Positions 1 to 13,400 of a stretch of 64,000 bases of DNA are shown here, in pieces (position 1 is the stretch's first letter; each line of letters begins with the position of its first letter). This DNA comes from the human T2T-CHM13v2.0 reference genome, Homo sapiens. The stretch lies in assembly GCF_009914755.1 (NCBI RefSeq), contig NC_060937.1. One strand, 5' to 3'. Both the position numbers and the translations under genes were made by a program. A model generated the notes under the pieces. That model saw nothing but the letters and a program-made list of their open reading frames with translations. It did no database searches and was not told the origin of the DNA.

Positions 1-332
1 TTCCAACGAAATCATTAGAGCTATCCAAATATCCACTTACAGTTTCTACAAAAAGAGTGTTTCCAAACTGCTGCATCAAAAGAGAGGTTCCACTCTGTTA
101 GCTGAGTACACACATCACAAACTTGTTTCTCAGAATCCTTCTGTCTCGTTTTTCTGGGAAGATATTTACTTTTTCACCGTAGGCATCAAAGCGCTCCAAA
201 TGTCCACATCCAGATACTCCAGAAAGAGTGTTTCAAACCTGCTCTATGAAAGGGAATCTTCAACTCTATGAGTTGAATGCAGACATCAGAAAGAAATTTC
301 TGAGAATGCTGCTGTCTACCTTTTATTTGAAT

Positions 333-349
333 TCCCGCTTCCAACGAAA
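333..349 (-). promoter_or_regulatory. CENP-B box (first of ~163 intact copies: 3 per 7-mer, 2 per 4-mer)
   Basis: + strand TCCCGCTTCCAACGAAA is the reverse complement of TTTCGTTGGAAGCGGGA, which matches the consensus YTTCGTTGGAARCGGGA. The count is 44x3 + 17x2 = 166, minus 3 mutated copies noticed. Confidence 0.95.
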
Positions 350-505
350 TCCTCCAAGCTATCCAAATATCCACTTGCAGATTCCACAAAAAGAGTGTTT
401 CAAAACTGCTCTCTATCAATGGCAAAGTTCAACTCTGTTAGTTGAGGACACATATCACCAACAAGTTTCTGAGAATGCTTCTGTCTGTTTTTTATGGGAA
501 GATAT

Positions 506-522
506 TTCCTTTTTCACCGTAG
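506..522 (+). promoter_or_regulatory. pJ-alpha motif of an A-type alpha satellite monomer (recurs in every 7-mer)
   Basis: TTCCTTTTTCACCGTAG matches TTCCTTTTYCACCRTAG and sits at the position homologous to the CENP-B box in the alternate monomer. Diverged versions are at ~166-182 and ~843-859. Confidence 0.8.
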
Positions 523-672
523 GCGTCAAGGCGATCGAAATGTCCACTTCCACAAACTACAAAAAGAGTGTTTCAAACCTGCTCTATGAAAGGCCATGTT
601 CATCTCTATGAGTCGAATGGAAATATCCGAAAGAAATTTCTGGGAATGCTGCTGTCTAGTTTTTATACGAAT

Positions 673-689
673 TCCCGCTTCCAACGAAA
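673..689 (-). promoter_or_regulatory. CENP-B box (second box of the 7-mer)
   Basis: + strand TCCCGCTTCCAACGAAA, 340 bp after the first box. Confidence 0.95.
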
Positions 690-1013
690 TCCTCAAAGCA
701 ATCCAAATATCCACTTGCAGAATCCACAAAAAGAGTGTTTCAAAACTGCTCTATCAATAGAAAGGTTCAACTCTTTTAGTTGAGTACACACATCACAAAC
801 AAGTTTCTGAGAATGCTTCTGTCTGGCTTTTATTGGAAGACGTTTCCTTTTCACCAAAGGCATCAAAGCGCTCCAAATGTCCACTTCCAGATTCTTCCAA
901 AAGAGTGTTTGAAACGTGCTCAAAGTAAGGGAATGTTCAACTCTGTGACTTGAATGCAGATATCACCAAGTAGTTTCTAATAGTGCTTCTGTCTAGATTT
1001 TAGATGATGATAT

Positions 1014-1030
1014 TCCCGTTTCCAACGAAA
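1014..1030 (-). promoter_or_regulatory. CENP-B box (third box of the 7-mer)
   Basis: + strand TCCCGTTTCCAACGAAA, 341 bp after the second box. Confidence 0.95.
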
Positions 1031-1184
1031 TCGTTAGAGCTATCCAAATATCCACTTACAGTTGCTACAAAAACAGTGTTTCCAAACTGCTGCATCAAAA
1101 GAAAGGTTCAACTCTGTTAGTTGAGGACACACGTCACAAAGAAGTTTGTGAGAATGCTTCTGTCTAGATTTTGTATGACGATAT

Positions 1185-1201
1185 TCCCTTTTCCAACGAT
1201 A
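1185..1201 (-). other. Degenerate, presumably non-binding CENP-B box in the extra B-type monomer of the 7-mer
   Basis: TCCCTTTTCCAACGATA lacks one core CpG and has a further core change. It lies 171 bp after the box at 1014. Confidence 0.8.
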
Positions 1202-2565
1202 TCATTAAAGCAATCTAAATATCCATTTGCAGAATCCACAAAAATAGAGTTTCAAAGCTGCTCTGTAAAAAGAAAGGTTCCACTCTGTTAGCTGAGTACA
1301 CACATCACAAACTTGTTTCTCAGAATCCTTCTGTCTCGTTTTTCTGGGAAGATATTTACTTTTTCACCGTAGGCATCAAAGCGCTCCAAATGTCCACATC
1401 CAGATACTCCAGAAAGAGTGTTTCAAACCTGCTCTATGAAAGGGAATCTTCAACTCTATGAGTTGAATGCAGACATCAGAAAGAAATTTCTGAGAATGCT
1501 GCTGTCTACCTTTTATTTGAATTCCCGCTTCCAACGAAATCCTCCAAGCTATCCAAATATCCACTTGCAGATTCCACAAAAAGAGTGTTTCAAAACTGCT
1601 CTCTATCAATGGCAAAGTTCAACTCTGTTAGTTGAGGACACATATCACCAACAAGTTTCTGAGAATGCTTCTGTCTATTTTTTATGGGAAGATATTTCCT
1701 TTTTCACCGTAGGCGTCAAGGCGATCGAAATGTCCACTTCCACAAACTACAAAAAGAGTGTTTCAAACCTGCTCTATGAAAGGCCATGTTCATCTCTATG
1801 AGTCGAATGGAAATATCCGAAAGAAATTTCTGGGAATGCTGCTGTCTAGTTTTTATACGAATTCCCGCTTCCAACGAAATCCTCAAAGCAATCCAAATAT
1901 CCACTTGCAGAATCCACAAAAAGAGTGTTTCAAAACTGCTCTATCAATAGAAAGGTTCAACTCTTTTAGTTGAGTACACACATCACAAACAAGTTTCTGA
2001 GAATGCTTCTGTCTGGCTTTTATTGGAAGACGTTTCCTTTTCACCAAAGGCATCAAAGCGCTCCAAATGTCCACTTCCAGATTCTTCCAAAAGAGTGTTT
2101 GAAACGTGCTCAAAGTAAGGGAATGTTCAACTCTGTGACTTGAATGCAGATATCACCAAGTAGTTTCTAATAGTGCTTCTGTCTAGATTTTAGATGATGA
2201 TATTCCCGTTTCCAACGAAATCGTTAGAGCTATCCAAATATCCACTTACAGTTGCTACAAAAACAGTGTTTCCAAACTGCTGCATCAAAAGAAAGGTTCA
2301 ACTCTGTTAGTTGAGGACACACGTCACAAAGAAGTTTGTGAGAATGCTTCTGTCTAGATTTTGTATGACGATATTCCCTTTTCCAACGATATCATTAAAG
2401 CAATCTAAATATCCATTTGCAGAATCCACAAAAATAGAGTTTCAAAGCTGCTCTGTAAAAAGAAAGGTTCCACTCTGTTAGCTGAGTACACACATCACAA
2501 ACTTGTTTCTCAGAATCCTTCTGTCTCGTTTTTATGGGAAGATATTTACTTTTTCACCGTAGGCA

Positions 2566-4435
2566 TCAAAGCGCTCCAAATGTCCACATCCAGATACTCC
2601 AGAAAGAGTGTTTCAAACCTGCTCTATGAAAGGGAATCTTCAACTCTATGAGTTGAATGCAGACATCAGAAAGAAATTTCTGAGAATGCTGCTGTCTACC
2701 TTTTATTTGAATTCCCGCTTCCAACGAAATCCTCCAAGCTATCCAAATATCCACTTGCAGATTCCACAAAAAGAGTGTTTCAAAACTGCTCTCTATCAAT
2801 GGCAAAGTTCAACTCTGTTAGTTGAGGACACATATCACCAACAAGTTTCTGAGAATGCTTCTGTCTATTTTTTATGGGAAGATATTTCCTTTTTCACCGT
2901 AGGCGTCAAGGCGATCGAAATGTCCACTTCCACAAACTACAAAAAGAGTGTTTCAAACCTGCTCTATGAAAGGCCATGTTCATCTCTATGAGTCGAATGG
3001 AAATATCCGAAAGAAATTTCTGGGAATGCTGCTGTCTAGTTTTTATACGAATTCCCGCTTCCAACGAAATCCTCAAAGCAATCCAAATATCCACTTGCAG
3101 AATCCACAAAAAGAGTGTTTCAAAACTGCTCTATCAATAGAAAGGTTCAACTCTTTTAGTTGAGTACACACATCACAAACAAGTTTCTGAGAATGCTTCT
3201 GTCTGGCTTTTATTGGAAGACGTTTCCTTTTCACCAAAGGCATCAAAGCGCTCCAAATGTCCACTTCCAGATTCTTCCAAAAGAGTGTTTGAAACGTGCT
3301 CAAAGTAAGGGAATGTTCAACTCTGTGACTTGAATGCAGATATCACCAAGTAGTTTCTAATAGTGCTTCTGTCTAGATTTTAGATGATGATATTCCCGTT
3401 TCCAACAAAATCGTTAGAGCTATCCAAATATCCACTTACAGTTTCTACAAAAAGAGTGTTTCCAAACTGCTGCATCAAAAGAAAGGTTCAACTCTGTTAG
3501 TTGAGGACACACATCACAAAGAAGTTTGTGAGAATGCTTCTGTCTATATTTTGTATGACCATATTCCCTTTTCCAGCGATATCATTAAAGCAATCTAAAT
3601 ATACATTTGCAGAATCCACAAAAATAGAGTTTCAAAGCTGCTCTGTAAAAAGAAAGGTTCCACTCTGTTAGCTGAGTACACACATCACAAACTTGTTTCT
3701 CAGAATCCTTCTGTCTCGTTTTTCTGGGAAGATATTTACTTTTTCACCGTAGGCATCAAAGCGCTCCAAATGTCCACATCCAGATACTCCAGAAAGAGTG
3801 TTTCAAACCTGCTCTATGAAAGGGAATCTTCAACTCTATGAGTTGAATGCAGACATCAGAAAGAAATTTCTGAGAATGCTGCTGTCTACCTTTTATTTGA
3901 ATTCCCGCTTCCAACGAAATCCTCCAAGCTATCCAAATATCCACCTGCATTTTCCACAAAAAGAGCGTTTCAAAACTGCTCTATCAATAGAAATGTTCAA
4001 CTCCTTTGGCTGGGTACACACATCACAAACAAGTTTCTGAGAATGCTTCTGTCTAGTTTTTATGGGAAGACATTCCCTTTTTCACCAAAGGCATCAAAGC
4101 GCTCCAAATGTCCACTTCCAGACACTACAAAAAGAGTGTTTCCAACGTGCTCTAAGAAAGCGAATGTTCAACTCTGTGACTTGAATGCAGATATCACAAA
4201 GTAGTTTCTGAGAGGGCTTCTGTCTAGATTTTAGATGATGATATTCCCGTTTCCAACGAAATCATTAGAGCTATCCAAATATCCACTTACAGTTTCTACA
4301 AAAAGAGTGTTTCCAAACTGCTGCATCAAAAGAGAGGTTCCACTCTGTTAGCTGAGTACACACATCACAAACTTGTTTCTCAGAATCCTTCTGTCTCGTT
4401 TTTCTGGGAAGATATTTACTTTTTCACCGTAGGCA
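2566..4435 (-). repeat. Representative full 11-monomer HOR (7-mer part + 4-mer part, 1870 bp); 16 such 7+4 pairs in the window
   Basis: A 1190-bp unit followed by a 680-bp unit, with five CENP-B box positions (the one at 3394 is mutated in this copy). Confidence 0.9.
3756..4435 (-). repeat. 4-monomer unit, haplotype A (680 bp); also at 6816, 9876, 11746, 15996, 23304, 50660, 57966
   Basis: Diagnostic words: gaattccc, ccacCtgcatttt, gagCgttt, caatAGaaatg, ctttGgctgggtAcac. CENP-B boxes at 3903 and 4245. Confidence 0.92.
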
Positions 4436-7400
4436 TCAAAGCGCTCCAAATGTCCACATCCAGATACTCCAGAAAGAGTGTTTCAAACCTGCTCTATGAA
4501 AGGGAATCTTCAACTCTATGAGTTGAATGCAGACATCAGAAAGAAATTTCTGAGAATGCTGCTGTCTACCTTTTATTTGAATTCCCGCTTCCAACGAAAT
4601 CCTCCAAGCTATCCAAATATCCACTTGCAGATTCCACAAAAAGAGTGTTTCAAAACTGCTCTCTATCAATGGCAAAGTTCAACTCTGTTAGTTGAGGACA
4701 CATATCACCAACAAGTTTCTGAGAATGCTTCTGTCTATTTTTTATGGGAAGATATTTCCTTTTTCACCGTAGGCGTCAAGGCGATCGAAATGTCCACTTC
4801 CACAAACTACAAAAAGAGTGTTTCAAACCTGCTCTATGAAAGGCCATGTTCATCTCTATGAGTCGAATGGAAATATCCGAAAGAAATTTCTGGGAATGCT
4901 GCTGTCTAGTTTTTATACGAATTCCCGCTTCCAACGAAATCCTCAAAGCAATCCAAATATCCACTTGCAGAATCCACAAAAAGAGTGTTTCAAAACTGCT
5001 CTATCAATAGAAAGGTTCAACTCTTTTAGTTGAGTACACACATCACAAACAAGTTTCTGAGAATGCTTCTGTCTGGCTTTTATTGGAAGACGTTTCCTTT
5101 TCACCAAAGGCATCAAAGCGCTCCAAATGTCCACTTCCAGATTCTTCCAAAAGAGTGTTTGAAACGTGCTCAAAGTAAGGGAATGTTCAACTCTGTGACT
5201 TGAATGCAGATATCACCAAGTAGTTTCTAATAGTGCTTCTGTCTAGATTTTAGATGATGATATTCCCGTTTCCAACGAAATCGTTAGAGCTATCCAAATA
5301 TCCACTTACAGTTGCTACAAAAACAGTGTTTCCAAACTGCTGCATCAAAAGAAAGGTTCAACTCTGTTAGTTGAGGACACACGTCACAAAGAAGTTTGTG
5401 AGAATGCTTCTGTCTAGATTTTGTATGACGATATTCCCTTTTCCAACGATATCATTAAAGCAATCTAAATATCCATTTGCAGAATCCACAAAAATAGAGT
5501 TTCAAAGCTGCTCTGTAAAAAGAAAGGTTCCACTCTGTTAGCTGAGTACACACATCACAAACTTGTTTCTCAGAATCCTTCTGTCTCGTTTTTATGGGAA
5601 GATATTTACTTTTTCACCGTAGGCATCAAAGCGCTCCAAATGTCCACATCCAGATACTCCAGAAAGAGTGTTTCAAACCTGCTCTATGAAAGGGAATCTT
5701 CAACTCTATGAGTTGAATGCAGACATCAGAAAGAAATTTCTGAGAATGCTGCTGTCTACCTTTTATTTGAATTCCCGCTTCCAACGAAATCCTCCAAGCT
5801 ATCCAAATATCCACTTGCAGATTCCACAAAAAGAGTGTTTCAAAACTGCTCTCTATCAATGGCAAAGTTCAACTCTGTTAGTTGAGGACACATATCACCA
5901 ACAAGTTTCTGAGAATGCTTCTGTCTATTTTTTATGGGAAGATATTTCCTTTTTCACCGTAGGCGTCAAGGCGATCGAAATGTCCACTTCCACAAACTAC
6001 AAAAAGAGTGTTTCAAACCTGCTCTATGAAAGGCCATGTTCATCTCTATGAGTCGAATGGAAATATCCGAAAGAAATTTCTGGGAATGCTGCTGTCTAGT
6101 TTTTATACGAATTCCCGCTTCCAACGAAATCCTCAAAGCAATCCAAATATCCACTTGCAGAATCCACAAAAAGAGTGTTTCAAAACTGCTCTATCAATAG
6201 AAAGGTTCAACTCTTTTAGTTGAGTACACACATCACAAACAAGTTTCTGAGAATGCTTCTGTCTGGCTTTTATTGGAAGACGTTTCCTTTTCACCAAAGG
6301 CATCAAAGCGCTCCAAATGTCCACTTCCAGATTCTTCCAAAAGAGTGTTTGAAACGTGCTCAAAGTAAGGGAATGTTCAACTCTGTGACTTGAATGCAGA
6401 TATCACCAAGTAGTTTCTAATAGTGCTTCTGTCTAGATTTTAGATGATGATATTCCCGTTTCCAACGAAATCGTTAGAGCTATCCAAATATCCACTTACA
6501 GTTTCTACAAAAAGAGTGTTTCCAAACTGCTGCATCAAAAGAAAGGTTCAACTCTGTTAGTTGAGGACACACATCACAAAGAAGTTTGTGAGAATGCTTC
6601 TGTCTAGATTTTGTATGACCATATTCCCTTTTCCAGCGATATCATTAAAGCAATCTAAATATCCATTTGCAGAATCCACAAAAATAGAGTTTCAAAGCTG
6701 CTCTGTAAAAAGAAAGGTTCCACTCTGTTAGCTGAGTACACACATCACAAACTTGTTTCTCAGAATCCTTCTGTCTCGTTTTTCTGGGAAGATATTTACT
6801 TTTTCACCGTAGGCATCAAAGCGCTCCAAATGTCCACATCCAGATACTCCAGAAAGAGTGTTTCAAACCTGCTCTATGAAAGGGAATCTTCAACTCTATG
6901 AGTTGAATGCAGACATCAGAAAGAAATTTCTGAGAATGCTGCTGTCTACCTTTTATTTGAATTCCCGCTTCCAACGAAATCCTCCAAGCTATCCAAATAT
7001 CCACCTGCATTTTCCACAAAAAGAGCGTTTCAAAACTGCTCTATCAATAGAAATGTTCAACTCCTTTGGCTGGGTACACACATCACAAACAAGTTTCTGA
7101 GAATGCTTCTGTCTAGTTTTTATGGGAAGACATTCCCTTTTTCACCAAAGGCATCAAAGCGCTCCAAATGTCCACTTCCAGACACTACAAAAAGAGTGTT
7201 TCCAACGTGCTCTAAGAAAGCGAATGTTCAACTCTGTGACTTGAATGCAGATATCACAAAGTAGTTTCTGAGAGGGCTTCTGTCTAGATTTTAGATGATG
7301 ATATTCCCGTTTCCAACGAAATCATTAGAGCTATCCAAATATCCACTTACAGTTTCTACAAAAAGAGTGTTTCCAAACTGCTGCATCAAAAGAGAGGTTC

Positions 7401-10400
7401 CACTCTGTTAGCTGAGTACACACATCACAAACTTGTTTCTCAGAATCCTTCTGTCTCGTTTTTCTGGGAAGATATTTACTTTTTCACCGTAGGCATCAAA
7501 GCGCTCCAAATGTCCACATCCAGATACTCCAGAAAGAGTGTTTCAAACCTGCTCTATGAAAGGGAATCTTCAACTCTATGAGTTGAATGCAGACATCAGA
7601 AAGAAATTTCTGAGAATGCTGCTGTCTACCTTTTATTTGAATTCCCGCTTCCAACGAAATCCTCCAAGCTATCCAAATATCCACTTGCAGATTCCACAAA
7701 AAGAGTGTTTCAAAACTGCTCTCTATCAATGGCAAAGTTCAACTCTGTTAGTTGAGGACACATATCACCAACAAGTTTCTGAGAATGCTTCTGTCTATTT
7801 TTTATGGGAAGATATTTCCTTTTTCACCGTAGGCGTCAAGGCGATCGAAATGTCCACTTCCACAAACTACAAAAAGAGTGTTTCAAACCTGCTCTATGAA
7901 AGGCCATGTTCATCTCTATGAGTCGAATGGAAATATCCGAAAGAAATTTCTGGGAATGCTGCTGTCTAGTTTTTATACGAATTCCCGCTTCCAACGAAAT
8001 CCTCAAAGCAATCCAAATATCCACTTGCAGAATCCACAAAAAGAGTGTTTCAAAACTGCTCTATCAATAGAAAGGTTCAACTCTTTTAGTTGAGTACACA
8101 CATCACAAACAAGTTTCTGAGAATGCTTCTGTCTGGCTTTTATTGGAAGACGTTTCCTTTTCACCAAAGGCATCAAAGCGCTCCAAATGTCCACTTCCAG
8201 ATTCTTCCAAAAGAGTGTTTGAAACGTGCTCAAAGTAAGGGAATGTTCAACTCTGTGACTTGAATGCAGATATCACCAAGTAGTTTCTAATAGTGCTTCT
8301 GTCTAGATTTTAGATGATGATATTCCCGTTTCCAACGAAATCGTTAGAGCTATCCAAATATCCACTTACAGTTGCTACAAAAACAGTGTTTCCAAACTGC
8401 TGCATCAAAAGAAAGGTTCAACTCTGTTAGTTGAGGACACACGTCACAAAGAAGTTTGTGAGAATGCTTCTGTCTAGATTTTGTATGACGATATTCCCTT
8501 TTCCAACGATATCGTTAAAGCAATCTAAATATCCATTTGCAGAATCCACAAAAATAGAGTTTCAAAGCTGCTCTGTAAAAAGAAAGGTTCCACTCTGTTA
8601 GCTGAGTACACACATCACAAACTTGTTTCTCAGAATCCTTCTGTCTCGTTTTTATGGGAAGATATTTACTTTTTCACCGTAGGCATCAAAGCGCTCCAAA
8701 TGTCCACATCCAGATACTCCAGAAAGAGTGTTTCAAACCTGCTCTATGAAAGGGAATCTTCAACTCTATGAGTTGAATGCAGACATCAGAAAGAAATTTC
8801 TGAGAATGCTGCTGTCTACCTTTTATTTGAATTCCCGCTTCCAACGAAATCCTCCAAGCTATCCAAATATCCACTTGCAGATTCCACAAAAAGAGTGTTT
8901 CAAAACTGCTCTCTATCAATGGCAAAGTTCAACTCTGTTAGTTGAGGACACATATCACCAACAAGTTTCTGAGAATGCTTCTGTCTATTTTTTATGGGAA
9001 GATATTTCCTTTTTCACCGTAGGCGTCAAGGCGATCGAAATGTCCACTTCCACAAACTACAAAAAGAGTGTTTCAAACCTGCTCTATGAAAGGCCATGTT
9101 CATCTCTATGAGTCGAATGGAAATATCCGAAAGAAATTTCTGGGAATGCTGCTGTCTAGTTTTTATACGAATTCCCGCTTCCAACGAAATCCTCAAAGCA
9201 ATCCAAATATCCACTTGCAGAATCCACAAAAAGAGTGTTTCAAAACTGCTCTATCAATAGAAAGGTTCAACTCTTTTAGTTGAGTACACACATCACAAAC
9301 AAGTTTCTGAGAATGCTTCTGTCTGGCTTTTATTGGAAGACGTTTCCTTTTCACCAAAGGCATCAAAGCGCTCCAAATGTCCACTTCCAGATTCTTCCAA
9401 AAGAGTGTTTGAAACGTGCTCAAAGTAAGGGAATGTTCAACTCTGTGACTTGAATGCAGATATCACCAAGTAGTTTCTAATAGTGCTTCTGTCTAGATTT
9501 TAGATGATGATATTCCCGTTTCCAACGAAATCGTTAGAGCTATCCAAATATCCACTTACAGTTTCTACAAAAAGAGTGTTTCCAAACTGCTGCATCAAAA
9601 GAAAGGTTCAACTCTGTTAGTTGAGGACACACATCACAAAGAAGTTTGTGAGAATGCTTCTGTCTAGATTTTGTATGACCATATTCCCTTTTCCAGCGAT
9701 ATCATTAAAGCAATCTAAATATCCATTTGCAGAATCCACAAAAATAGAGTTTCAAAGCTGCTCTGTAAAAAGAAAGGTTCCACTCTGTTAGCTGAGTACA
9801 CACATCACAAACTTGTTTCTCAGAATCCTTCTGTCTCGTTTTTATGGGAAGATATTTACTTTTTCACCATAGGCATCAAAGCGCTCCAAATGTCCACATC
9901 CAGATACTCCAGAAAGAGTGTTTCAAACCTGCTCTATGAAAGGGAATCTTCAACTCTATGAGTTGAATGCAGACATCAGAAAGAAATTTCTGAGAATGCT
10001 GCTGTCTACCTTTTATTTGAATTCCCGCTTCCAACGAAATCCTCCAAGCTATCCAAATATCCACCTGCATTTTCCACAAAAAGAGCGTTTCAAAACTGCT
10101 CTATCAATAGAAATGTTCAACTCCTTTGGCTGGGTACACACATCACAAACAAGTTTCTGAGAATGCTTCTGTCTAGTTTTTATGGGAAGACATTCCCTTT
10201 TTCACCAAAGGCATCAAAGCGCTCCAAATGTCCACTTCCAGACACTACAAAAAGAGTGTTTCCAACGTGCTCTAAGAAAGCGAATGTTCAACTCTGTGAC
10301 TTGAATGCAGATATCACAAAGTAGTTTCTGAGAGGGCTTCTGTCTAGATTTTAGATGATGATATTCCCGTTTCCAACGAAATCATTAGAGCTATCCAAAT

Positions 10401-13400
10401 ATCCACTTACAGTTTCTACAAAAAGAGTGTTTCCAAACTGCTGCATCAAAAGAGAGGTTCCACTCTGTTAGCTGAGTACACACATCACAAACTTGTTTCT
10501 CAGAATCCTTCTGTCTCGTTTTTCTGGGAAGATATTTACTTTTTCACCGTAGGCATCAAAGCGCTCCAAATGTCCACATCCAGATACTCCAGAAAGAGTG
10601 TTTCAAACCTGCTCTATGAAAGGGAATCTTCAACTCTATGAGTTGAATGCAGACATCAGAAAGAAATTTCTGAGAATGCTGCTGTCTACCTTTTATTTGA
10701 ATTCCCGCTTCCAACGAAATCCTCCAAGCTATCCAAATATCCACTTGCAGATTCCACAAAAAGAGTGTTTCAAAACTGCTCTCTATCAATGGCAAAGTTC
10801 AACTCTGTTAGTTGAGGACACATATCACCAACAAGTTTCTGAGAATGCTTCTGTCTATTTTTTATGGGAAGATATTTCCTTTTTCACCGTAGGCGTCAAG
10901 GCGATCGAAATGTCCACTTCCACAAACTACAAAAAGAGTGTTTCAAACCTGCTCTATGAAAGGCCATGTTCATCTCTATGAGTCGAATGGAAATATCCGA
11001 AAGAAATTTCTGGGAATGCTGCTGTCTAGTTTTTATACGAATTCCCGCTTCCAACGAAATCCTCAAAGCAATCCAAATATCCACTTGCAGAATCCACAAA
11101 AAGAGTGTTTCAAAACTGCTCTATCAATAGAAAGGTTCAACTCTTTTAGTTGAGTACACACATCACAAACAAGTTTCTGAGAATGCTTCTGTCTGGCTTT
11201 TATTGGAAGACGTTTCCTTTTCACCAAAGGCATCAAAGCGCTCCAAATGTCCACTTCCAGATTCTTCCAAAAGAGTGTTTGAAACGTGCTCAAAGTAAGG
11301 GAATGTTCAACTCTGTGACTTGAATGCAGATATCACCAAGTAGTTTCTAATAGTGCTTCTGTCTAGATTTTAGATGATGATATTCCCGTTTCCAACGAAA
11401 TCGTTAGAGCTATCCAAATATCCACTTACAGTTTCTACAAAAAGAGTGTTTCCAAACTGCTGCATCAAAAGAAAGGTTCAACTCTGTTAGTTGAGGACAC
11501 ACATCACAAAGAAGTTTGTGAGAATGCTTCTGTCTAGATTTTGTATGACCATATTCCCTTTTCCAGCGATATCATTAAAGCAATCTAAATATCCATTTGC
11601 AGAATCCACAAAAATAGAGTTTCAAAGCTGCTCTGTAAAAAGAAAGGTTCCACTCTGTTAGCTGAGTACACACATCACAAACTTGTTTCTCAGAATCCTT
11701 CTGTCTCGTTTTTCTGGGAAGATATTTACTTTTTCACCGTAGGCATCAAAGCGCTCCAAATGTCCACATCCAGATACTCCAGAAAGAGTGTTTCAAACCT
11801 GCTCTATGAAAGGGAATCTTCAACTCTATGAGTTGAATGCAGACATCAGAAAGAAATTTCTGAGAATGCTGCTGTCTACCTTTTATTTGAATTCCCGCTT
11901 CCAACGAAATCCTCCAAGCTATCCAAATATCCACCTGCATTTTCCACAAAAAGAGCGTTTCAAAACTGCTCTATCAATAGAAATGTTCAACTCCTTTGGC
12001 TGGGTACACACATCACAAACAAGTTTCTGAGAATGCTTCTGTCTAGTTTTTATGGGAAGACATTCCCTTTTTCACCAAAGGCATCAAAGCGCTCCAAATG
12101 TCCACTTCCAGACACTACAAAAAGAGTGTTTCCAACGTGCTCTAAGAAAGCGAATGTTCAACTCTGTGACTTGAATGCAGATATCACAAAGTAGTTTCTG
12201 AGAGGGCTTCTGTCTAGATTTTAGATGATGATATTCCCGTTTCCAACGAAATCATTAGAGCTATCCAAATATCCACTTACAGTTTCTACAAAAAGAGTGT
12301 TTCCAAACTGCTGCATCAAAAGAGAGGTTCCACTCTGTTAGCTGAGTACACACATCACAAACTTGTTTCTCAGAATCCTTCTGTCTCGTTTTTCTGGGAA
12401 GATATTTACTTTTTCACCGTAGGCATCAAAGCGCTCCAAATGTCCACATCCAGATACTCCAGAAAGAGTGTTTCAAACCTGCTCTATGAAAGGGAATCTT
12501 CAACTCTATGAGTTGAATGCAGACATCAGAAAGAAATTTCTGAGAATGCTGCTGTCTACCTTTTATTTGAATTCCCGCTTCCAACGAAATCCTCCAAGCT
12601 ATCCAAATATCCACTTGCAGATTCCACAAAAAGAGTGTTTCAAAACTGCTCTCTATCAATGGCAAAGTTCAACTCTGTTAGTTGAGGACACATATCACCA
12701 ACAAGTTTCTGAGAATGCTTCTGTCTATTTTTTATGGGAAGATATTTCCTTTTTCACCGTAGGCGTCAAGGCGATCGAAATGTCCACTTCCACAAACTAC
12801 AAAAAGAGTGTTTCAAACCTGCTCTATGAAAGGCCATGTTCATCTCTATGAGTCGAATGGAAATATCCGAAAGAAATTTCTGGGAATGCTGCTGTCTAGT
12901 TTTTATACGAATTCCCGCTTCCAACGAAATCCTCAAAGCAATCCAAATATCCACTTGCAGAATCCACAAAAAGAGTGTTTCAAAACTGCTCTATCAATAG
13001 AAAGGTTCAACTCTTTTAGTTGAGTACACACATCACAAACAAGTTTCTGAGAATGCTTCTGTCTGGCTTTTATTGGAAGACGTTTCCTTTTCACCAAAGG
13101 CATCAAAGTGCTCCAAATGTCCACTTCCAGATTCTTCCAAAAGAGTGTTTGAAACGTGCTCAAAGTAAGGGAATGTTCAACTCTGTGACTTGAATGCAGA
13201 TATCACCAAGTAGTTTCTAATAGTGCTTCTGTCTAGATTTTAGATGATGATATTCCCGTTTCCAACGAAATCGTTAGAGCTATCCAAATATCCACTTACA
13301 GTTTCTACAAAAAGAGTGTTTCCAAACTGCTGCATCAAAAGAAAGGTTCAACTCTGTTAGTTGAGGACACACATCACAAAGAAGTTTGTGAGAATGCTTC

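Larger units (their letters stand above)
186..1375 (-). repeat. Representative 7-monomer HOR unit (1190 bp); 44 copies in the window
   Basis: The ORF track and sequence recur at +1190 (186, 1376, 2566, ...). It holds intact CENP-B boxes at 333, 673 and 1014, a degenerate box at 1185, and EcoRI sites at 329 and 669. Confidence 0.95.
1376..10555 (-). repeat. Three tandem copies of an 18-monomer super-unit (7+7+4; 3060 bp)
   Basis: 4-mers start at 3756, 6816 and 9876 (period 3060). The tttAtggg allele recurs at 2534, 5594 and 8654. Confidence 0.85.
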
